Below, piece after piece: positions 50,920 to 62,700 of a DNA stretch of 64,000 nucleotides. The translations under genes were made by a program, and so were the position numbers. Origin of the DNA: Octopus vulgaris (lineage: Eukaryota); NCBI GenBank assembly GCA_951406725.2, contig OX597817.1:141050001-141114000 (forward strand), given 5' to 3'. The notes beneath the pieces were generated by a model. It had not been told where the DNA came from. It was given only the letters and a program-made list of their open reading frames with translations, and did not search any database. Position 1 is the stretch's first letter. Every line of letters starts with the position of its first letter.

Positions 50920-52929
50920 TTAAATACCTAGATGTAAGAACTACTTATTTCAATATTATATTGAATAAAAACCTTCATTATACTATTCTTTCTGTAAACT
51001 TTAAATAAATACTCCCTTCTTACATATGTTTGGGCAACTTTTTATGTAAGACAGTTTCACACATTAATATTTGCCAAACTCACAATAAAGATAAGATTCC
51101 TTCTTCTTCCAACATTGGAAAATATTCAGAAGAAACCACAAGTGAATTCCCTACTTCATCACCATACCGTTTCATGGCACCTTCTACCATCAGAACAACA
51201 GACTGTTATCTTAATGCTTTTCTTACCCAATTTCTATTGAAATACACTTCATCATCATCATCGTCCGTTTTCCATGCTAGCACAGGTTGGACAGTTCGAC
51301 CGGGGTCTGGGAAGCCAGGGGACTGCACCAGGCTCTAGTCTGATCTGGCAGTGTTTCTACAGCTGGATGCCCTTCCTAACGCCAACCATGCCATGAGTGT
51401 AGTGGGTGCTTTTTATGTGCCACCAGCAGAGAAGCCAGTCAAGGCGGCGCTGGCATCGGCCACGTTCGAATGGTGCTTTTTACGTGCCACCGACACAGGT
51501 ATCACAACTACAATTTCCATTTGATATTTATTTTGATGTTGATGTACTTCACTCAATAGGTCTCCTCAAGCACAGCAGGTCATGTGCCACCAGCACAGAA
51601 GCCAGTCAAGGCGGCACTGGCATCAGCCATGTTCGGATGGTGCTTCATATGTGCCGCCGGCACAGGCATCATAACTACAATTTCCATTTGATATTTATTT
51701 TGATGTTGATGTACTTCACTCAATAGGTCTCCTCAAGCACAGTAGGTTACCCTACGATCCAAGGTAAGCACAGCAGGTTGTTTGGCAATCCAAGGTACTT
51801 TTTAATTCATTTTGAAAATAATGAAGAATTTAATAAAGTGACTGTAATTAAGCTGTGTTTGGATATAACAGGAAATTTTGATGAAAGTTTTTAATTTCAG
51901 TCACTTGAAAATAGGAAGTCATCATCATCATCATCGTTTAATGTCCGCTTTCCATGCTAGCATGTGTTGGACGATTTTGACTGAGGGCTGGCGAACCAGA
52001 TGGCTGCACCAAGCTCCAATCTTGATCTGGTAGAGTTTCTACAGCAGGATGCCCTTCCTAATGCCAACCACTCCAAGAGTGTAGTGGGTGCTTTTTACGT
52101 GCCACCGGCACAGGGGTCGTCAGGCGATACTGGCAACGACCTCGCTCGAATCTTTTTACACATGCCACCAGCACAGGTGCCAGTAAGGTGATGTTGGTAA
52201 CGATCACACTCGAATTGTGCCCTTTTATGTGCCACTGGCACGGAAGCCAGTTGGCTGTTCTGGCAACGTTCACGCTCGGATGGTCTCTATCATAAAACCA
52301 TGGGCAATCTCAGGCAGGTTGCTACATTTCATACAATTTATTGCACTCATCTCAATCACAGAACTTTTATGAGGTCAAATGACCTGCTAGAAATAATAGC
52401 GCCATCTCCATATCACACTCGAGAAAAAAGGACACATTGGATACTCTTTACTCTTTGACTTATTTCAGTCATTTGACAGTGGCCATGCTGGAGCACTGCC
52501 TTTAGTCGAGCAAATTGACTCCAGGACTTATTCTTTGTAAGCCAAGTACTTATTCTATCGGTCTCTTTTGCTGAACTACTAAGTTACAGGGACGTAAACA
52601 CACCAGCATCGGTTATCAAGCGATGTTGGAGGGACAAACACAGACACAGAAACATATACACACACACATACACAAATATATATATATTGATGTCTGGTTC
52701 GCCTGACCTCAGTCAAATCGTCCAACCTATGCTAGCATGGAAAGCGGACATTAAACGATGATGATGATGAGAATATCAAACTGTCTTACACTGGATCTTG
52801 TTTTTTAAGAATTCCCAATAAGTTATGAATATCCAAATTGTGAAGTCAATTATGTAATAACATGAAATTAATTACCCAATAGTAAGAATTCAAATAAAGT
52901 GCAGGTGCTTTGGGTTATTTCCCTTGAGT

Positions 52930-53102
52930 GCTTAAAAAAATATTCGATTTTTTCAACAATCTAAATATGTCACGAGGTTTCCAGACATGATTTCTACCCA
53001 CATGTCAAGTTTCATCAAAATCAATAAAACGATGTAGGAGGAGTTAGCTAACAATGCCACAACCAAACACACACCAATTTTCCACCTATGTAGTAGATAT
53101 AT
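52930..53102 (+). mobile_element. Possible non-autonomous Helitron-like 3' end
   Basis: aagtttcatcaaaatc...gtaggaggagtt...acacac...tagtagat resembles the ends of invertebrate rolling-circle non-autonomous repeats. This is recognition only. Confidence 0.35.
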
Positions 53103-53104
53103 AT

Positions 53105-54380
53105 CATCATCTTGTAACGTCTGCTTTCCATGCTGGCATGGGTTGGACGGTTTGACTGAGGGACGGCAAGCCAGAAGGGTGAACCTGTCTCCAATCTGAT
53201 CAGGCAAAGTTTTTGCAGCTGGTTGCCCTTCCTAACACCAACCACTCTGAGAGTGTAGTTGGTGCTTTTACATTCCACCAGCACAAGGGCCAGTCAGGCA
53301 TCGACCATACTCAAATGGTGCTTTTTATGTGCCACCTGCACAGGAGCCAGTCTGGCAGCACTGACAATGACCATGCTCAAATGGTGCTTTTTTTAATGTG
53401 CCACCGGCATGGGAGCCAGTCAGGTGGCACTGGCAACAATCAAACTCAAATGATGCTTCTAACATTCCACTAGCATGGGTGCCAATCAGGCAGTACTGCA
53501 ATCAGTCACGACAGCAATTTCACTTGCCTCAACAGGTCTTCGCAAGCATAGTTCATTGTCCAATGAGTGAAGGGGACTCTTAAATGGACTGGTTATACAG
53601 CACTGGCATACGCCACAGTCATGGTCTAACTTGGCATGCCGGGTCTTCTTAAGCACAGTATATCTCCAAAGGTCTCAGTCACTTGTCATTGCCTCTGTGA
53701 GGCCCAGTGTTCAAAAGTCATGCTTCACCTCATCCCCGGTTTTCTTGGGTCTACCTCTTCCACAGGTTCCCTCAACTGCTAGGGTGTGACACTTCTTCAC
53801 ACAGCTATCCTCATCCATATGCAACACATGACCATACCAGCACAGTCATCTCTCTTGCAACCACATCTGATGCTTCTTATGTCCAACTTTTCCTTCAGGG
53901 TGCTTATACTCTGTCATGTATGTACACTGACATTACACACCCCATGTTTCACTGCCATGTAACATGACTGTTCATGCGCAGGCATCATACAGTCCTTGTT
54001 ACCAGCAGAGGTAGGAGCTCTCTGACCTTTGCCCAAACTATTCTTATTCTAACAGCTACGTTCTTAGAGCATCCACCCCTATAACTGACTTGGTTACTTA
54101 GGAAACAGAAGCTATCAACTACTTCTAGTTTTTCCCCTAGCATGTGATGGAATCTGTTTTTTGTACATCTTTGGTGTTTATTGTCCCTGTGCATCTGCCA
54201 CACACAAAAACTATCCTCCCAGTTAGCCTTCCTTTGATATTACTGCACCTCTTATGTATCCATAGTTTACACCGAGTACCTCTTATGGAGTTTCTACCTA
54301 CATCTTTTCTGTAGATTGAGCAGGGCCATCTACCTGAAGGGATTTGTGATTTGTCTGCTTTCCTACTTACTAAGACTAAG
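53105..54380 (-). mobile_element. RTE LINE 3' fragment with internal deletions
   Basis: EKLEVVDSFCFL and RIRIVWAKVRELLP, followed by a UTR and tail. Confidence 0.9.
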
Positions 54381-54737
54381 ATTTATATTTATATATAGAT
54401 ATCTATATATACATATATTCATTATCTATTTATTGCAGCCCCTAATGGTCATTGTCTCTTTCTTTCTCACCCTCCTTTTCCCCTACTAAATGTGAATAGT
54501 CATGCAAATCCCTCTGAAGCAACCTGCTCTGCCCTACCTCTGTCATAATAAAGTTCCCCACATACACCTCCCCCAGGGCTTATTGTCCTGCAAACTGTGT
54601 AACAACCACAATAATGCAGATGGCACAAAAAAAGCACTCAGTTCATGCTTTAAAGTAGTTAGCATTAGGAAGGGCATCCAAAAGTGAAAACCATTTCAAA
54701 ACAGATATTGGAGTGTGATGCAGTCCTAGGACACACC

Positions 54738-55142
54738 GATGGCATCACTTTGTTTCCAACAATTCGGTGCGACACCAGTGCAGAATCACCTCCCTCCAAC
54801 AAGTCATCCTAACGAGACGTCTGCGTTGGCTGGGTCATGCCCTCCGTCATCAACCAGGAGAATTCATCTACGAAGCAATTGCCCCAGCTCCCCTTCAGGG
54901 TTGGCGAAAGTGATGTGGTGGACAACGAAAAACCTGGCTGATGACAGTCAAGGCTGATCTGAAACCCAACCTAGGCCCCCATATCTACAGCGTTTGCCGC
55001 TGGAATAAGGAGTGGTTGGAGATCACACGGTCGTTAGCCTCAAATCACCAGGCCTGGTCGGCGTTTGTGAGAGATGCAGCATTGAGGATGAATGAAGCCA
55101 GCTCAACCCACCCCGGGTGAATGCTGTCTCAAGTCAAGTCAA
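54738..55142 (+). mobile_element. 5'-truncated RTE-like LINE of a third family, with a (CAAGT)n tail and 10-bp TSD
   Basis: RRLRWLGHALR and GGQRKTW..TVKADL, the tail caagtcaagtcaa, and aggacacacc at 54728-54737 and 55143-55152. Confidence 0.85.
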
Positions 55143-55804
55143 AGGACACACCAGATTCTGTCAAACCATCTAACCGAAGCCTGCCACAGAACAGGGATGT
55201 TAAATTATATACACATACACAGTGAGATCAATCAGTGTTGGTCATGGACACAGTACATGGACACACTGCAGGAGCTTTATATAAGTTTTTTTCCAGTTTC
55301 CAACTATCAAATCCACTCACAAGGATTTGGTCAGCCTGGGGCTATAGTAGAAGACATTTGCTCAAGGTGCTGCACATTGGGACTGAACTCAATACCACAT
55401 AGTTGGGAAGCAATCTCTTCAACCCACACAACCATGCATGTGTCTGTTGTGATACGAAAGAGTGGTTCAGCAAATTGGTAAGAGATAAACATTGCAGATT
55501 TGGACAAGGAATCCTTTTAGAGTAAATTAATATATAGATATATACGCATGCATATACATATACTAGAGTGTTACCTGACATATGACCAGTTACTTTGGGA
55601 GTATACTTCTACCTCTATGGATAGTATCAGGAAATATGGCATACATACAACAATTATAATTTGAGTATTATCACATTTCCTGGTGCTTATACAAAATGAC
55701 AAAATGAATATTGATTTTCAAAACGGAAAATATTATCTTAAAATCAAATGAAGCAAATTTATCGTTTGTATAACTACTGTCTCTACAATTCTTTCTCTCT
55801 CACC

Positions 55805-55848
<44 letters not shown>

Positions 55849-57799
55849 TTCTTTTATGCACTGCCTGCCACCAAGCAAAGCATGAGCATTCATCCTGCAC
55901 CTTTCTGTTACTCTGTTGCCCCCATTCTCTACACCACATAAAGCATGACTAGTGAAATCAACCAACCAACATTTATATAGACTATTATTAAATAGAAATA
56001 TTTTGTTTCTAATATCATTTTATAACTAGGGTACATAGTTAATTTGTAGTAGTCCTTAGAGTTTCATATCTTTATAGTTTGCTTATAAACAATTTTTTTT
56101 GAGCCTAGAAATTGTCACTTGTCATTTTTGTAAACTACAGACACTCTTTTTCTTAAATAGCTGTTTAATAAACATGGTAATTAGAAGAAAAAATGTTTTT
56201 ACCACTTATAGCAGCTGAGGGTGTGCATAGAGATACTTTAGATTCAAAAATGTGTATTGAGCAATGTGTAGGGAAATAATCATTGGGCTGCACCCCTGCT
56301 GTCAGTGTTAGGGTTCAGTGATGCAAGCTTCCTCTGAGTTTGTTCATTTAACGTCTGTTTTCCATGCTGGCATGGGTCAGATAGTTTGACAGGAGCTGGA
56401 AAGTTAGAAGACTGTGCCAAGCTCAACTGACTGCTTTGACATGATTTCCACGGTTGGATGCCCTTCCTAACACCAACCACTTTGCAGAATGTGTTGGGTG
56501 CTTTTTACATGGCACCAACACCACTAAGGTTACCAAGTGGCTTACAAGACCCCCACCCCACGCTCGAATAAAGGGAGAGTAGTATTGAGGTAGATAGTTT
56601 TATGCCAGGTGATGAGAGGTTAGAGTAAGCGTAGAGGGACAGATATAGATGCTTTGCATTAAAGGAGGTACATATCTACCTACACGCATACACACACACA
56701 ATCGATTAAAAATTAACAAAACAATTATTTTTTAAGATCAAAGGAAGATTGTTTAAAAAGTAACAAGACGCATTCTTTACATTTCCATACTTAGTTTAAA
56801 AGTTGTATTAAATAAACTTCAGTAAGATAATATACAATTATAAACATTAATTAGTCGAACGAAATAGCAGCCAAATCTCCTTTAAATCGCATATTTTATC
56901 TTAAAAAAAAAAGTTAAATCGAGAACGCATTGTACATATAATGTAAGACTAAAGACTGAAAAGAATAAGGGATGGTCACAACTGGAACGCGTGGATAGCT
57001 CTGCTTAGTCACTGATAGCCCTTCGCTAAAAAAAAAATGCCAATTTACTGAAGGATGAAGAAAAAATTCCAGGGATGTTTGTTAAAAAAAAACACTAAAC
57101 AGACACTAGTATTGTGAGGAAAGATGATGGAAAGGGGAGGTATTTTGTTACAGGTATGCATACAGGTGCGTTTTTGTTAAAATGGGACAGGTCTCTTTAT
57201 CAATGTAGATGATAGACAATATTTGACACATTTCTTTTGTCAGATCAAATGACTAAAACTATCGCAGCTATGACAAAAAAAAAGTTTGCAACAGAGGTCG
57301 TGGACTTTAAGAGATTGTGTATTTAAATTTATGAAAAATATGTGAAATCATTTTATGCAGTGATGGAAGTGTCTCAGCAAAAATTATGAAGTCGTGATAT
57401 ATTAAAAATGACAAGAGAAATATTATCTGGCTTAGTGTACGTTTTTACATTATTTTTCTCAAGTACCTAAAACCAGTTTGTTACAAATTTCTAAAATAGA
57501 TTTGCTCTACTAATAAAGCTAAAATTTGGAACAATTCTATTCAGTGTACGCACGAAAACGATCCACCTATTTTAACGAACAATTCTGTTTCAGGGTGATT
57601 CTCGTTGTGGTCTCAGTTAATATAAGATAGTGCTTTACGTGAAGCTCTCTTGCTACCGTTTGCCAAAACCCAACATTAGTAACTAGGGTGGAGTACGGTC
57701 TGCTAAAGAAAACTCAATATATTTTCTAAGATTTGAGGGGAATTGGAAATATCAACGCCTCACTAGTGTCTATGGGGTTTCATCCCGAGTCGGTAATCG

Positions 57800-57891
57800 G
57801 GCAAAGGTAAAGAATACGCACACCACCCTCTTTCGGCGTAACCCTCTTCAACGCCGCAGAACGAGTGGTGTGCGTATTCTTTACCTTCGCC
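57800..57891. mobile_element. About 92-bp hairpin mini-MITE flanked by the direct repeat ggtaatc
   Basis: Arms ggcaaaggtaaagaatacgcacaccac / gtggtgtgcgtattctttaccttcgcc, with ggtaatc at 57792-57798 and 57892-57898. Confidence 0.7.
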
Positions 57892-57941
57892 GGTAATCCT
57901 TACCGGGGTTGATTAGATTGGATCCAATTAGCAAACTCTAA

Positions 57942-58214
57942 GGTACTACTTGAGAACAGTGGTCCCGACGCGCGCTCTCGCGAACTTGCGCATCCGCGCC
58001 AGCTAGTCATGACTTGTTGATCCTTACTTTGTGTTTTTGTGTTTTATTTACTTTGTTTAACAAAAATTATTTACTTTGTGTAAAAAAATTATTTATTTTG
58101 TGTTTTATTTACTTTGCTAGGTAGTCGTTATAGGATCGACTACCTACGACTAGCTAGCGTAGATGCGCGACTACGCGAGTGCGCGCACCGGGACCACTGT
58201 TCGCTAGTAGTACC
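57942..58214. mobile_element. 273-bp foldback MITE (Mutator- or Merlin-like) with a 9-bp TSD
   Basis: aaactctaa|GGTACTACT...AGTAGTACC|aaactctaa, with about 80-bp imperfect CpG-rich inverted arms around a T-rich tandem core. Confidence 0.88.
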
Positions 58215-58251
58215 AAACTCTAATTTCTATGTGTGAACCATGAAGACAGAC

Positions 58252-58292
<41 letters not shown>

Positions 58293-58886
58293 TACATACA
58301 TACATACGAAAGAGGTGGCCTAAAAACAGAGGTGGACGAGATATGCAAAAACAGAACACAAGTTTTTGTTTCTTAAAAAAAAAACGAAGAGGAACATTAT
58401 TATTACTATCAGAATAGGAGCCAGAATGTTGCTATATAAACATCACAAACATTTTCCATTATCAACAAGTAGAAAAAATGAATTAGAAAAAAACAAAACT
58501 TCCAAGTTGCAGACGGCAGAGATTTCACTTGAATTGTGTCGTTTTTAGTGGGGTTTTTTTTAATTTGTAAGTTAGAAAACAGTGTGGATAATAAACATTT
58601 ATAAGGAATTAGAAACTGGAATCCTATTTAATATTATAGAATTAACGAAAAAGATTAACGAATTAAAAGTAATTTGATAAACAACGACTTCGGAGTATTG
58701 TCATTCATTGAGATTAATGAAGACAGTTGCACGTTCGTTTGATTTGCTTCAAACAATATCGTTATCAAAAATCAAAACGTGACTATTGATCATTAATTAT
58801 ATCAATATGTATGAATTTATTGCTTTTAAATTCTTCTATGGTTTGTCGTCGTTTTAGTGAAGAAAATAATTAAAGGTGATTCTTAC

Positions 58887-58908
58887 CCGAATTCATATTA
58901 TCCGCCAT
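58887..58908 (-). CDS. ECT2: ECT2/pebble-like RhoGEF, coding exon 1 (MADNMNS G)
   Basis: The minus strand reads gacgagATGGCGGATAATATGAATTCGG|gtaaga: good start context, a consensus donor, and a phase-1 end matching the next exon. It lies next to a promoter-like motif cluster. Confidence 0.75.
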
Positions 58909-58970
58909 CTCGTCACTGTTTAAATCTAACGGTTCTGATTGGTTGAAAGATGTGATGACATACCGGAAAT
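58900..58970 (-). promoter_or_regulatory. Putative ECT2 core promoter: CHR-like TTTAAA, MYB site TAACGG, CCAAT box, ETS CCGGAA, YY1-like GATGGCGG
   Basis: TTTAAA at 58919-58924, TAACGG at 58927-58932, ATTGG at 58938-58942 and CCGGAA at 58963-58968, all within about 60 bp of the ATG at 58908. The region is locally CpG-enriched. Confidence 0.6.
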
Positions 58971-59410
58971 CGCAACCCCGCACAGAAGGAAATGGGTGGA
59001 GATTTAATAACCCAGAAACACTTGTGTTGCTAAATATAAACATTATTATAACAGTCTGTTCGTCTTTTGTTTTAATCGGGCGATGTGGTGTGACTTTACT
59101 AGTCCTGTTACTGTTGAGAATTAGTTGTTCGAAATAGGGTCGCTAAAATCTCATCGACTCGGCTTAGTCATCACACACATATATAAATATATATATATAT
59201 ATATATAGGTTTTATGAAGTAAAAAGAGAAAATAGAACTCAAAACATGAATATGTACAAATTTTTTTAATACTATTTTAAATTCATAGAAGTTACAAAGA
59301 TACTCAACGGTCGAGAGTTGCGTGTATGACACGTGCTGTGTGCGAACTCTTGACCCTTGAGCTACTTAGTAACTTCTGCCTATAAAAAATAATATAAATA
59401 TATATATATA

Positions 59411-59795
59411 TATTTCTTTACTACCTACAAGGGGCTAAACCCAGAGGGGACAAACAAGGACAGACAAAGGAAATAAGTCGATTACATCGACCCCAGTGCG
59501 AAACTGGTACTTTATTTATCGACCCCGAAAGGATGAAAGGCAAAGTCGACCTCAGAACGTAATGACAGACAAAATACCTATTTCTTTACTACCCACAAGG
59601 GGCTAAACAGAGAGGGGACAAACGGATTAAGTCGATTATATCGACCCAGTGCGTAACTGGTACTTTATTTATCGACCCCGAAAGGATGAAAGGCAAAGTC
59701 GACCTCGGCGGAATTTGAACTCAGAACGTAACGGCAGACGAAATACCGCTAATCATTTCGCCCGGCGCGCTAACGTTTCTGCCAGCTAGCTGCCT
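59411..59795 (-). mobile_element. SINE family C with a tandemly duplicated 3' part, about 0.5 kb upstream of the ECT2 ATG
   Basis: The block tatttctttact..cacaaggggctaaac...aaagtcgacctc occurs twice (about 59411 and 59579). Confidence 0.8.
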
Positions 59796-62700
59796 AAATA
59801 CTATAAATATATACATATACAAGCCGAATATCCGGTGTTCCTCAAGCAGGAAAGCAGCTGCAAATGGCTAAGAATTGTTCTTAATGAAAGCATATTCGGT
59901 TAAAGGGAACACAATTTTATTTCTCTTGAAAAGTTGTTAAAGTGGTTACATAAATGTAACTGATTTCCTGTGTGTTTATAACATTTTAGTGTCTAATGCA
60001 CTGTACTACAAGCTACTTCGTAAGATATTTCGTAATTTAATAGTGTAAATAACATATATCTATTCCATCATCATCACCACTATCGTTTAACGCCCACAAG
60101 TCCATGTTTTCATGGTTCAGACGGATTTCATTGAGGCAGATTTTCTACAACCAGAAGCTCTTTCTGTCACCATCCTTATTTGTTTCCAAGAAAGGTAATA
60201 TCCCCCCTGTAGCTAGACGTTTTTCCCCGGGAGAGAGGGAAATGAATAACATCTCTCGTATGATGGCGTTACTTGCTTACAACCATCACGGAATGTCAGG
60301 TAAGACTACATCAAAGACACAATAGCACTCAGATCAGACCATATACCAAAATTCCAACACCAAACAAAGAGAGGAGTGAAATCCAGGCAAACAAAAGTAA
60401 GCTTTTGTCAATGTACCGGTTGAGTTAACAGCAGTGCAATACAAAGAGAGATGGACATACAGGTGTTAATGACATCAAGGCCTTTACAAAATGGGTATAC
60501 AGAAGTCTGTGCCGGGGGCACATAAAAGGCACCATCAGATCTTGGTCGATGCCAGGACCACCTTGACTGGCTTCCGTGCCAGTGGCACGTAAAAAGCACC
60601 AACCAATCGTGGCCGTTGCCAGCCTTCCCTGGCACCTATGCCAGTGGCACGTAGAAAGCACTCACGGGGTGATTGGCGTTAGGAAGGGCATCCAGCTGTA
60701 GAAACACTGCCAGATCAGACTGGAGCCTGGTGCAGCCTCCTGGCTTCCCAGACTTCAGTCAAACCGTCCAACCCATGCTAGCATGGAAAACGGACGTTAA
60801 ACGATGATGATGATGAAGCAGCAAAATAGGAAAGTGAAAGCTCATAGTAATTATTCATAGGTAGGTATAAATTCTGAAAGTTCAGACAATAATGTCACAG
60901 ATAAAAGAGAGGAGAAGCTGAGTAAGTGTGTACCCTGGATAGATAGGTAAATATCCAGAGAGCTCAAACTTCACAAATTAGAGAGCACAGAATACATGTA
61001 ATCTTTACAGCTGTTTCTAGGGTGTGGTGTGTAGTAACGTGCATGGTTTGTACATATTCCCTAACCCTAGGTGCAGGAGTGGCTGTGTGGTAAGTAGCTC
61101 GCTTAACATATTTCTTTAAGGCGGCGAGCTGACAGAAGCGTTAGCATGCCGGGCGAAATGCATAGCCATATTTTGTCTGCCGTTACGTTCTGAGTTCAAA
61201 TTCTGCCGAGGTCGACTTTGCCTTTCATCCTTTTGGGGTCAATTAAATAAGTACCAGTTACGCACTGGGGTCGATATAATCGACTTAATCCGTTTATCTA
61301 TCCCCTCTGCGTTTAGCCCCTTGTGGGTAGTAAAGAAACAGGTAAGTAGCTTGCTTACTTCCAGTTACCCAGAATACATTTGGTTTGTCGTTTGTGCCGG
61401 ACGTTGGTTTTTGTTGCTGTGTTGAGAGATAATGTACTCAGACCTTAGTAGGTCTGAGTTGTCTTCAGCAGAGGAGGAGCTTGTGAGGGTGGTGGAAAAA
61501 ATGGATAAAATACTGGGAAAAACAAGGAGCTTTGCGGAAGTTAAGAGAAAGGAAGTGAACCTGACTAGACCGAAGGAGTATGGCAAGATGATACAAAGGT
61601 GGGCAGCAATGAGAAGTTGTCACCGCCTAAAAGAATTATGGAGAACATGGAAAAGAAGAGCATCACCTACAAGGTACACTCCTTGGAGAATAAGACGTTT
61701 GAACAGGTGGAAACGGAAAAATAGAAAATGCACTGAGGGAACAATCGAGCCAAATTGCGTATATAACAAGAGGAAGTAAATACGAGACGGTGGTTTTCCA
61801 GTTTAGGACAGTGGAAGCGGCGAGGACGGTGGTGGTGGTGGTTGGGACTAAGCAACAACAGCAGGCATTAGACTAGGTTTGGTAATCGTAAGTAGAGTTT
61901 TTGAAGAGAACAACTGCTGACATTTATACAGTTCTGCTGTGGAACATCTAAACTATGCTAAGAATCAGCAGCATTTAGAAATTGGTGCCAGTCTAAGTTC
62001 ATAGAATTTATCCCTAAATATTTCCATAAATGACATTTGAAAATTTAGTTTTTGTGCAACTCCAAATGTGTCTCTTGTTGAGAGTCTTGTAGAGGAAATG
62101 GATCTAAATAAACATGTGTGAGATGGCGGGCTTAAAAAGTTTGCTTCTCAACTGTGTCGTTTAAGGTTCAGGCCCACTAATGACCCCTTGGACAAGTGTC
62201 TTCTGTTACTTTGAGTCAATCAAAGCATTGTTGTCTAAATGTGGTTTGGAAATTTATTTGAAGGAATTATTGTTGTTCTTGGGTGGTAGACATAAACTGT
62301 TGCTTAATCTAACTCCACTCCCAGCCACACACACACACACACACAGACTCCTGGTTCTTTGATGCCTTTAGTGGAGCCCACTCTATTGCAAGCATTTACA
62401 TCAGGAACCCAGTTTGATAATGACTTATTCCTTTTTTTCCTACCTGTCTTAGAAAAGGGCCAAGTGCACATTTCTTCCTCTGACATTGGTCTAAAGCACC
62501 AAGAAACAGTGAAGAATTCATTTTGAAGTTTTTTTCGTTATCATCATCATCGTTTAATGTCTGTTTTCCATGCCAGCATGGGTTGGACGGTTCAACCAGG
62601 GTCTAGGAAACCAGGAGGCTGCACCAGGTTCCAGTCTGATCTGGCAGTGCTTCTACAGCTGGATGCCCTTCCTAATGCCAACCACTCCGTGAATGTACTG

